Assembly: GCA_050251875.1 (NCBI GenBank) | Contig: JBFWMA010000003.1 | Location: forward strand, 1-64,000 | DNA: 64,000 nt | From: Deferribacterales bacterium | Lineage (GTDB): Bacteria; Chrysiogenota; Deferribacteres; Deferribacterales; Geovibrionaceae | Reading direction: 5' to 3' | Shown here: one piece after another, positions 50,225 through 58,738 of the stretch | Layout of the letters: the number at the start of each line of letters is the position of its first letter | How positions within the stretch are numbered: the first letter of the stretch is position 1 | Made by a program: the position numbers and the translations under genes | Notes under the pieces: generated by a model | Told to the model about the DNA's origin: nothing | The model's input: only the letters and a program-made list of their open reading frames with translations | Databases searched by the model: none

Positions 50225-50253
50225 AAAAAAAGCGGAGCATTGAGCTCCGCTTT
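50225..50253 (-). terminator. Intrinsic terminator of clpX
   Basis: Minus strand GCGGAGC-TCAAT-GCTCCGC-TTTTTTT. Confidence 0.8.
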
Positions 50254-50261
50254 ATAACCAT

Positions 50262-51503
50262 TTAGGCTGTTTCTTTTTTGTTTTCGTACATCAGTATGGG
50301 TTTCGCTCCCTCGCTGATGACGTCTTCGTTGATGATGCACTCCACGATCTCTTTGTCGGAGGGCACGGTATACATGATCTCCATCATCGCCTCTTCCAGA
50401 ATGGAACGCAGACCTCTCGCTCCTGTCTTTCTGTTCAGAGCTTTTTTTGCCACAGCTTTCAGAGCGCTGTTGGTGAAGGTCAGCTTCACATTGTCGAAGG
50501 AGAACATCTGTACATACTGCTTAACCAGAGCGTTTTTAGGCTCCTGAAGTATGCGCACCAGAGCCTCTTCGTCCAGATCCTGAAGAGCGGCGGCTATGGG
50601 AAGTCTTCCCACGAACTCGGGGATAAGCCCGAATTTAACCAGATCGTCAGGTCTGAGCTGTTTGAGCAGGTCGAAACGGCTCATGTCTTTTGATTCTGAA
50701 GATTTGCTGGAGAAGCCCAGGGATTTTTCGCCCACACGCTTCTTGATTATGCTGTCCAGATAGTCGAATGCTCCGCCCACGATGAACAGGATGTTGGATG
50801 TATCCACCTGGATATAGTCCTGCTGGGGGTGCTTGCGCCCACCCTGCGGCGGAACGTTGGCTATGGTGCCTTCGATTATTTTCAGAAGAGCCTGCTGAAC
50901 ACCCTCGCCGCTGACATCTCTGGTGATGCTGGGGCTGTCGGTCTTCTTGGCTATCTTGTCTATCTCGTCTATGAAGATGATTCCGTTCTGTGCTCTCTGA
51001 ACGTCATAGTCGGCATTCTGAAGGAGCTTGAGAACCACGTTCTCAACATCCTCTCCCACATATCCGGCCTCTGTCAGAGTGGTGGCGTCCGCTATGGCGA
51101 AGGGCACGTTCAGCACTCTTGCCAGTGTTCTGGCGAGCAGTGTTTTTCCTGTTCCGGTGGGGCCCAGAAGAAGGATGTTGCTCTTTTCCAGCTCCACTTC
51201 GGATTTTTTGCCGTGGAGAACTCTCTTATAGTGGTTATGCACAGCCACGCTCAGAACCTTCTTAGCGTCCTGCTGTCCTATAACGTATTCATCGAGTTTA
51301 TCTTTGATTTCGGCGGGAGTCAGGAGCTTGAGCGCCTGATCGTCTTTGATGCCGTCTTCGATATCTTCTTTCAGTATCTCGTTGCACAGTTCTATACACT
51401 CATTGCATATGAACACATTGGGTCCGGCTATGAGCTTTTTAACTTCATCCTGAGTTTTGCCGCAGAATGAGCAGGAGAGAATTTCTTTTTTTGCTTTTGC
51501 CAT
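50262..51503 (-). CDS. clpX: ATP-dependent Clp protease ATPase subunit
   Basis: CSFCGK zinc finger, [21 protein letters not shown] loop. Confidence 0.98.
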   Translation of the reverse strand: MAKAKKEILSCSFCGKTQDEVKKLIAGPNVFICNECIELCNEILKEDIEDGIKDDQALKLLTPAEIKDKLDEYVIGQQDAKKVLSVAVHNHYKRVLHGKKSEVELEKSNILLLGPTGTGKTLLARTLARVLNVPFAIADATTLTEAGYVGEDVENVVLKLLQNADYDVQRAQNGIIFIDEIDKIAKKTDSPSITRDVSGEGVQQALLKIIEGTIANVPPQGGRKHPQQDYIQVDTSNILFIVGGAFDYLDSIIKKRVGEKSLGFSSKSSESKDMSRFDLLKQLRPDDLVKFGLIPEFVGRLPIAAALQDLDEEALVRILQEPKNALVKQYVQMFSFDNVKLTFTNSALKAVAKKALNRKTGARGLRSILEEAMMEIMYTVPSDKEIVECIINEDVISEGAKPILMYENKKETA

Positions 51504-51536
51504 GGGCACACCTCATCGATTCAAAACAGAAAAATG

Positions 51537-51560
51537 AAAAAGCCTTGCGTGAGGCTTTTT
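51537..51560 (-). terminator. Stem-loop with U tract between clpP and clpX
   Basis: AAAAAGCCT-TGCGTG-AGGCTTTTT. Confidence 0.6.
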
Positions 51561-51596
51561 CCGTTATCCACCAAAATATCTTAGCGTGAAATTATT

Positions 51597-52184
51597 TCAA
51601 GCCCTTTTGGTGAATACATCGTCTATAAGACCATACTCTTTAGCCTCAATAGCCGACATGTAATTATCTCTGTCAGAATCCTTGGAAATTTGTTCAGGCG
51701 TTTTACCTGTGGCAGCCGAGAGAAATTCGTTGATATGCTGTTTAATGCGAAGGATTTCTTTCGCGTGAATCTCTATATCGGTCGCCTGACCCTGAGCGCC
51801 GCCCAGAACCTGATGTATCATGATGCGTGCATTGGGCAGTGCGTATCTCTTGCCTTTTGTTCCCGCGGCGAGAAGTACCGCGCCCATGCTCATTGCCTGA
51901 CCTATGCATATTGTTGATATGTCAGGTTTTATATAGTTCATAGTGTCGATGATGGCGAAGCCGTCGCTGACAACGCCGCCGGGGCTGTTGATGTAGAGGA
52001 AGATGTCCTTATCGGGGTCTTCCGCTTCCAGAAACAGCATCTGCGCTATGATGGAGTTAGCTATACCGCTTTCTACCTGAGAGCCCAGAAAAATTATTCT
52101 GTCTTTCAGCAGACGGGAATAGATGTCGTATGATCTCTCCCCTCTACCTGTCTGTTCTATGACATAGGGTACATAGTAGCTCAT
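51597..52184 (-). CDS. clpP: Clp protease proteolytic subunit
   Basis: [27 protein letters not shown]. Confidence 0.98.
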   Translation of the reverse strand: MSYYVPYVIEQTGRGERSYDIYSRLLKDRIIFLGSQVESGIANSIIAQMLFLEAEDPDKDIFLYINSPGGVVSDGFAIIDTMNYIKPDISTICIGQAMSMGAVLLAAGTKGKRYALPNARIMIHQVLGGAQGQATDIEIHAKEILRIKQHINEFLSAATGKTPEQISKDSDRDNYMSAIEAKEYGLIDDVFTKRA

Positions 52185-52194
52185 TTACGCTTCC

Positions 52195-53541
52195 TTATTT
52201 AGAGGCCTTTTGTGAAGCCTCGGCTATTTTGGCGTCTCTTTCAGCTTTAGAAACTACCTTTTCGCAGATGGTGTTGTTAGCTGTCAGGTAGTCGTAAACC
52301 ATATTGGTGAATACTGTGTTTCTGAAAGAATTGATGCCGCCGTACTGCTCCAGCTCTTTTTTAAATTCGTCAATTTTCTTGTCGAATTTCTCTGCGTATT
52401 CCGCAATTGCCTTATCAACATCCTCGTCAGTGGGATTGATGTTATTCTTTTCGGAAATTTTATTGATAACAAGAGCGCTTTTTATCTGGCGCTCAGCCAC
52501 GCCGAAGTTTTGCTCGGCGAGCTGCTGTTTGTTTATTCCGAACTGAGCGGGATCCATTCCGTACATGCTGTACTGACGCAGAGTCTGCTCAGCCAGTTTG
52601 TCCGCCTGCTCTACTATCATGACAGTCGGGATGTCGAAAGGGTTCTCATCAATTATTTTATCAAGGATCTGATTGTAGAGAGCGTCTTTGGAAAGATCAG
52701 CGGCTTCAGCCTCCAGATCTTCCTTAACGGCTTTCAGCAGAGCGTCCATAGTCTCATATTTTTCACCCACGGATTTAGCGAAAGCGTCATCCAGAGCGGG
52801 CATTGCTTTTTTCTTAATTTCGTGCAGAGTTATTGTGAATACCACGGGCTGACCTGCCAGTGATTTTTCATGGTAGCTCTCGGGGAATGTAACGGTGATG
52901 TCTTTCACATCGCCTTTTTTCATGCCCACCAGCTGCTCTTCGAAGCCGGGGATGAATGTGCCTGAGCCGATCTCCAGAGAGTAGCTCTTAGCGCATGCGG
53001 AAGGAATCACGGTTCCGTTCAGCTTGCCTTCGAAATCTATAACTGTCATACATCCGTTTTCCACAGCTCCGTCTTCCACAGGCTCGAAAGCAGACTGACG
53101 TCCGCGGAGGTTTTCTATTACGGTTGTAACATCTTCGTCTGTAACTTCGTTCATCTCTTTTGTGAATTCAAAACCGGAAAATTTAGCAATGTCGTAAACG
53201 GGGAAAACGTCTACATATACTTTGAAAGTGATGGGTGAGTTGTCGTCTTCGAACTTAACATCCTTCACCTCGGGCTGACCCATGGCTCTGATGTCGTTCT
53301 GCTCTATGGATGTTCTCACGGCTTCGTTGATAACGTGCTCCAGAGTCTGAACACGGATAGCGTGTCCTCTCTCTTTCATTACCACGTCTTTTGGGGCTTT
53401 GCCCTCACGAAAACCTGCTACTTTTATAGATTTGGCTACCTTGTCGAATTCCTTCTTAAAGGCTTCCTGGAATACTTCTGCGGGTATTTCAACGCTGATT
53501 TCTTTCTGGGATTTTTCCTTATCCGTTACTGTAACTTTCAT
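52195..53541 (-). CDS. tig: Trigger factor
   Basis: GFREGKAP ribosome-binding loop, FIPGFEEQLVG FKBP domain; upstream of clpP. Confidence 0.96.
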   Translation of the reverse strand: MKVTVTDKEKSQKEISVEIPAEVFQEAFKKEFDKVAKSIKVAGFREGKAPKDVVMKERGHAIRVQTLEHVINEAVRTSIEQNDIRAMGQPEVKDVKFEDDNSPITFKVYVDVFPVYDIAKFSGFEFTKEMNEVTDEDVTTVIENLRGRQSAFEPVEDGAVENGCMTVIDFEGKLNGTVIPSACAKSYSLEIGSGTFIPGFEEQLVGMKKGDVKDITVTFPESYHEKSLAGQPVVFTITLHEIKKKAMPALDDAFAKSVGEKYETMDALLKAVKEDLEAEAADLSKDALYNQILDKIIDENPFDIPTVMIVEQADKLAEQTLRQYSMYGMDPAQFGINKQQLAEQNFGVAERQIKSALVINKISEKNNINPTDEDVDKAIAEYAEKFDKKIDEFKKELEQYGGINSFRNTVFTNMVYDYLTANNTICEKVVSKAERDAKIAEASQKASK

Positions 53542-53648
53542 TTATATCTCCTTGGGAGTCTTTATCATTTGTTTTCTGCGAATTATTATTGAATCAGTCT
53601 GACAACGGGCGTGTAAGCTACACCCGCGATATTGAGTAGGTCAAGAAA

Positions 53649-53729
53649 TGCGAGTGAAGGGACTCGAACCCCCACGTCTAGGACACTAGATCCTAAGTCT
53701 AGCGCGTCTACCAATTCCGCCACACTCGC
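53649..53729 (-). tRNA. tRNA-Leu (TAG)
   Basis: Cloverleaf with CTAGA-CTTAGGA-TCTAG anticodon arm and long variable arm; CCA not encoded. Confidence 0.95.
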
Positions 53730-53747
53730 AAAGCGTTGTTGTAAGAG

Positions 53748-53821
53748 GGTGGATGACGGGGCTCGAACCCGCGACAACAGGAATCACAATCCTGTACTCT
53801 ACCAACTGAGCTACATCCACC
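53748..53821 (-). tRNA. tRNA-His (GTG)
   Basis: CAGGA-TTGTGAT-TCCTG arm, encoded G-1 and C73 discriminator; CCA not fully encoded. Confidence 0.95.
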
Positions 53822-53834
53822 ACAAAAAAACAAA

Positions 53835-53908
<74 letters not shown>

Positions 53909-54102
53909 ATAGGTGGCTTCACGAATCACAGACCTTATCAAAAGACTTTGGTTTAGTCAACAGAAAATTTGTTATTTTTCAAACAAAATATACAGCGTTT
54001 CAATGCCTTTGTCATTAGCTCTTGCGCTAACCTAAAAATAAGAATATTACAGTCCTTGAAGCTATGATATATTATAAATAATGACAGAGATAAGGGGCAG
54101 AA

Positions 54103-54888
54103 ATGATTATTTATGACGAAACTCCCGTATATGTCGGGACAGCAGGATACAAGTTTGACGACTGGCTGGGGACATTCTATCCCAACGATTTTCCCAATGA
54201 GCAGATGCTTAAATTCTACAGCAGAGAGAAAGGGCTCAGCTTTCTCGAGCTGACATTCACATTCTATAACGATCCCACGGAAGAGATTACCGCAAACATA
54301 GAGGAAAACGCCTCTGACGAGCTGTCGATATCCGTCAGGCTGAACAAGCGCTTTCTGAAGGAATATCCCGATCAGGCTGACGCTGACAAGTTCAAGTCCG
54401 GTCTGGCTCCCATATATGAACGCACAAAAGCGTATTTCGCAGATTTCTACAACGGGTTCCCGCCTTCCAGAGCCAATCTGGAGCATATCTTCCGTCTGAG
54501 AGACGCTTTCAGCGACAAGCCCTTCTTTGTGGAGCTGGCTAACAGAGGCTGGTACAAACAGCGCTTTCTGGAAGATCTGAAAAAGAACAACATAGGCATA
54601 GTCTCTGTGGACTATCCGCCCTCCAGCGGTCTGGCGCCTTATTTTGTGCAGTCTTTCAACAGCACAGGCTATATCCGTCTCTATGGACACAGCCCCGAGT
54701 GGGAGGGCGCCAACAACAGAGACCTCAACTTCAGATATAATATGAAGCAGATGCAGAAGATAAAACAGGACGTGGGGGCGCTCTGCGCCGTGTCCAACAC
54801 TGTCTTTGTGTCATTCTGCAACTCTGCCATGGCGAGCGCCGCCATGAACGCTATCGAGCTCACAAGGATGCTGAAAGGAGAACTCTGA
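54103..54888 (+). CDS. DUF72 domain protein
   Basis: VGTAGYKFDDWLGTFYP, LELTFTFY, YIRLYG, FCN. Confidence 0.85.
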   Translation: MIIYDETPVYVGTAGYKFDDWLGTFYPNDFPNEQMLKFYSREKGLSFLELTFTFYNDPTEEITANIEENASDELSISVRLNKRFLKEYPDQADADKFKSGLAPIYERTKAYFADFYNGFPPSRANLEHIFRLRDAFSDKPFFVELANRGWYKQRFLEDLKKNNIGIVSVDYPPSSGLAPYFVQSFNSTGYIRLYGHSPEWEGANNRDLNFRYNMKQMQKIKQDVGALCAVSNTVFVSFCNSAMASAAMNAIELTRMLKGEL

Positions 54889-56168
54889 TGAGTATTAACG
54901 CAGACTATCTGGTAAAGTTCAGGAAATCATCTAAACTCTATAAGAAAAGCTGTAAATTCTTTCCCAACGGCGTTTCACACGATATACGCAATTATCCCCC
55001 TTTCCCTGTCGTCACAGACAGATGTGACGGCATATACATGTATGACGTGGACGGCAACAAAATAATCGACCTGTGGATGGGTCACTATGCCAATATACTC
55101 GGACACGGCAACAGCGCCCAGACAAAGGGGCTGAAAAAAGCTGCCAAAGCCGGCATACACCACGGCACACTCAACCGCTATCAGATAGAGTTCGCAGAGC
55201 TGGTTCAGAAAGCTGTTCCAGAGATGGAGCATATGCGTATATGCACATCCGGCACAGAAGCGACCATGTATGTCACCCGTGTGGCGAGAGCTTTTACAGG
55301 CAGACAGGTTCTGGTTAAGGCGGAGGGCGGATGGCACGGCGGCAACTCTGTTCTGTCCACCGGCGTTGTGCCTCCTTTCGAAAAGAATAAACACTCCATA
55401 GAGGGACAGCTCACTGTGTCCGTTCCGTATAACGATATAGAAAAGACCGCTGAAACTCTGAACACTTATAAAAACGACATAGCCGCCATAATAATAGAAC
55501 CCATGCTGGGCGCCGGCGGAGGCATAACCGCCTCTGACGGATATCTTAAAATGCTCCGTGAGTTCTGCGATCAGAACGGCTCTCTGCTGATATTTGATGA
55601 GGTGATAACCGGATTCCGCTTCCGCTACGGCAGCATCTGGCCCATGCTGGGGGTTCGCCCGGACATGTTCACCTTCGGCAAGGCATCCGCAGGCGGAATG
55701 CACATAGGCATATACGGCGGACGCAAAGACGTCATGAAAACCATCACCAAAAAGAAACTTTTCGTGGGCGGAGGCACATATTCCTGCAACCCCGTGTCCA
55801 TGTGCGTTGGTATAGAAACACTGAAAAAGCTGAGAACAGCCGACTATCTCTCACTGAACAAAGCGGGTGACGATTTCCGTGATTTCCTGTCCGGAGCGGT
55901 TAAAGGGCTTCCTTTCCCTGCGTATGTCACAGGATTCGGCTCATTTTTCTGCGTTCACTTCACTGACGGATACTATGGAAAGATAACCCCCGCAGTGATT
56001 ATGAATTCCGGTGTGAAGGAGAGGGAAGACCTCTTTAAAGCCGCCATGCTGCTGAACAATGTCTTCACAATGCATTCGGGCGGCGCATTTTCCTTTAAGC
56101 ATTTAAAAAGTAAGACGATAGATTCTTTAAAAGAGGCGTATACCGAATCGTTCAATCTGCTGAGCTGA
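54888..56168 (+). CDS. Class III PLP aminotransferase (glutamate-1-semialdehyde aminomutase-like)
   Basis: DVDGN, SGTEATM, EGGWHG, FDEVITGFR, FGK. Divergent from canonical HemL. Confidence 0.8.
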   Translation: MSINADYLVKFRKSSKLYKKSCKFFPNGVSHDIRNYPPFPVVTDRCDGIYMYDVDGNKIIDLWMGHYANILGHGNSAQTKGLKKAAKAGIHHGTLNRYQIEFAELVQKAVPEMEHMRICTSGTEATMYVTRVARAFTGRQVLVKAEGGWHGGNSVLSTGVVPPFEKNKHSIEGQLTVSVPYNDIEKTAETLNTYKNDIAAIIIEPMLGAGGGITASDGYLKMLREFCDQNGSLLIFDEVITGFRFRYGSIWPMLGVRPDMFTFGKASAGGMHIGIYGGRKDVMKTITKKKLFVGGGTYSCNPVSMCVGIETLKKLRTADYLSLNKAGDDFRDFLSGAVKGLPFPAYVTGFGSFFCVHFTDGYYGKITPAVIMNSGVKEREDLFKAAMLLNNVFTMHSGGAFSFKHLKSKTIDSLKEAYTESFNLLS

Positions 56169-56189
56169 TATACGCCGGACGGAGACATC

Positions 56190-56492
56190 TTGGAAAGGTT
56201 TGTCCGGAAGAAAGCGGCGGCAATCAGATATGACAAGGCGACTGACAGAGTACCTAAGCTGGTGGCGAAGGGAAAGGGTGTCGTTGCGGATAAAATAATT
56301 GAAAGGGCGCTTGAGCATAATATTTATATAAAAGAAGACAAAGACCTGGTGGAGGCTCTCTCCACTCTCGATCTGTTCGATGAAATCCCCGTTGAACTGT
56401 ATAAGGTTGTGGCGCTCCTGCTGGCAGAGCTTTATAAGATCAACTCAAAAATCAAAAGCGAAAAATACGCCGAAAGTCTTAAGAATATTTAA
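56190..56492 (+). CDS. Stand-alone FlhB cytoplasmic-domain homologue (EscU/YscU family)
   Basis: AAAIRYD..PKLVAKGKG..A.KII..EIPVELYKVVA; TTG start with GGAG RBS. Confidence 0.88.
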   Translation: MERFVRKKAAAIRYDKATDRVPKLVAKGKGVVADKIIERALEHNIYIKEDKDLVEALSTLDLFDEIPVELYKVVALLLAELYKINSKIKSEKYAESLKNI

Positions 56493-56543
56493 CTCAGAAT
56501 GTAGCATGAGATTGCCGCGCTTTCTGCGAAAGCTCGCAATGAC
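56493..56543 (-). repeat. Truncated family A element
   Basis: Reverse complement GTCATTGCGA-GCTTTCGCAGAAAGC-GCGGCAATCTCA..TGAG. Confidence 0.75.
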
Positions 56544-56553
56544 AATTAAGTAA

Positions 56554-56914
56554 CTCATAAACATCGTCCTGATGTTTATTCGCCAACGCTTCGTCTCGGC
56601 AAAGGCCTCGCTGCGCTCACACTCCGCGGACGGCACCGCTCCGTGAGGCACATCCTGTGCCTTGTGTTAACTGTTATTAATTTTCCAGATGTTCGTTGAT
56701 GCGTCTGAGCAGAATCTCGATCTTCTTGACAGATATTCATCTCATAAACATCGTCCTGATGTTTATTCGCCAACGCTTCGTCTCGGCAAAAGCCTCACTG
56801 CGCTCACACTCCGCGGATGACACCGCTCCGTGAGGCACATCCTGTGCCTTCTGTTAACTGTTATTAATTTTCCAGATGTTCGTTGATTCGTCTGAGCAGA
56901 ATCTCGATCTTTTT
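56554..56914 (-). repeat. Two family B elements (56554-56661, 56741-56848), each followed by a copy of the response regulator 3' end; period 187 bp
   Basis: Near-identical units. 56662-56727 duplicates 56849-56914; a unique 13-nt junction GACAGATATTCAT separates them. Confidence 0.92.
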
Positions 56915-57220
56915 ATCTTTGGTAAAATATTCCTCGGCATAGAGAGAGGCGAAATTTCTTTTGTATTCATCATAGGCGGTGAGCAGAAAAACCACCTGAG
57001 ACTCTTTCAGCATTTTTATCTCTTTTAAAACTTCCAGACCGGATCTGTCAGGCATGTTGACATCGAGAAGCACCAGATCATATTCGCCGCTTCTGAACTT
57101 ACTCAGCCCCGTCTCTCCATCCTCGGCAGTATCCACAGAGAACCCCTTCTCCGTAAGCAGATTGTGATAGTGATCCCGGATGTGCTGTTCATCGTCAACA
57201 ATCAAAATTGTTTTTCCCAT
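56864..57220 (-). CDS. Single-domain response regulator (receiver)
   Basis: ILIVDDE, LLDVNMP, LTAY, FTK. Confidence 0.92.
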   Translation of the reverse strand: MGKTILIVDDEQHIRDHYHNLLTEKGFSVDTAEDGETGLSKFRSGEYDLVLLDVNMPDRSGLEVLKEIKMLKESQVVFLLTAYDEYKRNFASLYAEEYFTKDKKIEILLRRINEHLEN

Positions 57221-57232
57221 CTTTTCACCCCT

Positions 57233-58681
57233 TTATGCGGGGAGAACCAGTGTGAAGACCGCTCCTTTCCCCGAATCAGAAACAAATATATCTCCGCCGT
57301 GCGCCAGCATGATTTTCTTGCACAATGGAAGACCAAGCCCGGTTCCATTTCTTTTCTTAGTGAAAAACGGCTCGAAAATCTTTTCCATGACGTCTGTAGG
57401 AATCCCACCCCCGGTATCCTTAATCGTCAGGGTTATGTGCTTTTTGCTCACCTTGGCATCGATAATGACATCTCCGCCGTCCTGCATCTCCTGTACACTG
57501 TTAGTGATCAGGTTCATCAGCACCTGCATGAACTTGTCTCTGTCTACATAAACATATAGCTCATCACTAATTTTTACAACAACATTTATCAGACCGAAAC
57601 ACAGACAGTTGCGAAGTATAACCATTACTTCGTCCAAAAGTTCCTTAAGGTTAACTTTATGTTTGTCAACCTCCATCCTTCTGGAATAAGACAGGATATC
57701 TTTTACTATTTTTTCCAGTCTTACTATCTCTGACTGGATAATCTTCAAATAGTTCTTTGCCTGGGGGGAAATTTCTGTTTGTTCCATCCTTTTGGCAAAC
57801 CCGCCGATAGCCACCAGAGGGTTTTTCAGCTCGTGCGCCACTGTGGCGGACAGGCTTCCCATTTTCAGCAGATTCTCTTTGTTGCTGTTGGTTTTTTTCA
57901 TGTCCTCAAGCTGTGTCTGAACCAGCTCGAGCTGTTTTCTGGTGCGGAAAAATTCTATGGAAAGAGAACAGATATTTCCATAAAGTTTCACCGCCTCAGT
58001 ATCCGCTTTAGAATAGTCATCCTTGCAGACTATAAGAACGCCTATAGGTTTTTTGCCAACACCCAGCCCTGTCACCAGCATGTTTCCGCAGAAATATTTC
58101 TCAAAATTCTCGAAACCTTCGATGGTATCCGCCTGAATTATCTCTGTTCTGTCATAAAACATGATGTCGGACAATATATTTTTTGATTTGAAGATCAGCT
58201 TGGTGTTTCTGAATGCGGTCACATCTATCTTCATGCTTTCGTTGCAGTATATAACACCCCGCAGCTCCAGCAGAGCCTCGTTCAGAAACATAATGCCTGC
58301 CCTTCTGAAGTCTCCGTTCAGGATGAGGGACGACACCAGCTGGTGGAGCACCTTGTCCAGAGATCTCTGTCCGGTGATATTCTCCAGTATCTTGGCACTG
58401 GCAACCTCTCTTGACGTGGCGGAATCTGTGGGGGAATAGACGTAAACGTTCAGAAGTTTTTTTATGCGGGTCAGCTCATCTTCAGAGGGGTTGATGGGTC
58501 TGTCCGTGAAAATGGACACAGCGACATCTCTGGATACGATGCTGTATTCAGGAATCATGATCGATGTCTCTCCTGTTCTCAGGAGGACGCCTACCGTATC
58601 TCTGACAATTAGCCCCATGACTCTGCAATTAAGAACCGATTCCAGCAGATCCATGAGGTCCGATGTGGCTGATGACGGCAT
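57233..58681 (-). CDS. Cytoplasmic sensor histidine kinase (GAF-like input)
   Basis: AHELKNPL, NLITNS, DTGGGI, GTGLGL; no clear TM segment. Confidence 0.9.
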   Translation of the reverse strand: MPSSATSDLMDLLESVLNCRVMGLIVRDTVGVLLRTGETSIMIPEYSIVSRDVAVSIFTDRPINPSEDELTRIKKLLNVYVYSPTDSATSREVASAKILENITGQRSLDKVLHQLVSSLILNGDFRRAGIMFLNEALLELRGVIYCNESMKIDVTAFRNTKLIFKSKNILSDIMFYDRTEIIQADTIEGFENFEKYFCGNMLVTGLGVGKKPIGVLIVCKDDYSKADTEAVKLYGNICSLSIEFFRTRKQLELVQTQLEDMKKTNSNKENLLKMGSLSATVAHELKNPLVAIGGFAKRMEQTEISPQAKNYLKIIQSEIVRLEKIVKDILSYSRRMEVDKHKVNLKELLDEVMVILRNCLCFGLINVVVKISDELYVYVDRDKFMQVLMNLITNSVQEMQDGGDVIIDAKVSKKHITLTIKDTGGGIPTDVMEKIFEPFFTKKRNGTGLGLPLCKKIMLAHGGDIFVSDSGKGAVFTLVLPA

Positions 58682-58694
58682 ATTACTCTCTAAT

Positions 58695-58723
58695 AAAACG
58701 CGGAGACGCCAGGGCGCCTCCGC
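58695..58723 (-). terminator. Stem-loop terminator after ppdK
   Basis: Minus strand GCGGAGGCGCCCTGGCGTCTCCGC-GTTTT. Confidence 0.6.
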
Positions 58724-58738
58724 ATAAATTGTTTGTCC

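Noticed and set aside
54888..56168. Assigning the symbol hemL
   Set aside because: It lacks the typical PGGVNSPVR N-terminal motif (reads PNGVSHDIR), so it is probably a paralogue.
56445..56773. Small minus-strand ORFs of 68 and 65 aa
   Set aside because: They are translations of the family A/B repeats and the duplicated gene end.
56554..56914. CRISPR-like array with a self-targeting spacer
   Set aside because: The repeat is ~108 bp with only two copies, and the spacer copies immediately adjacent DNA, which a duplication explains.
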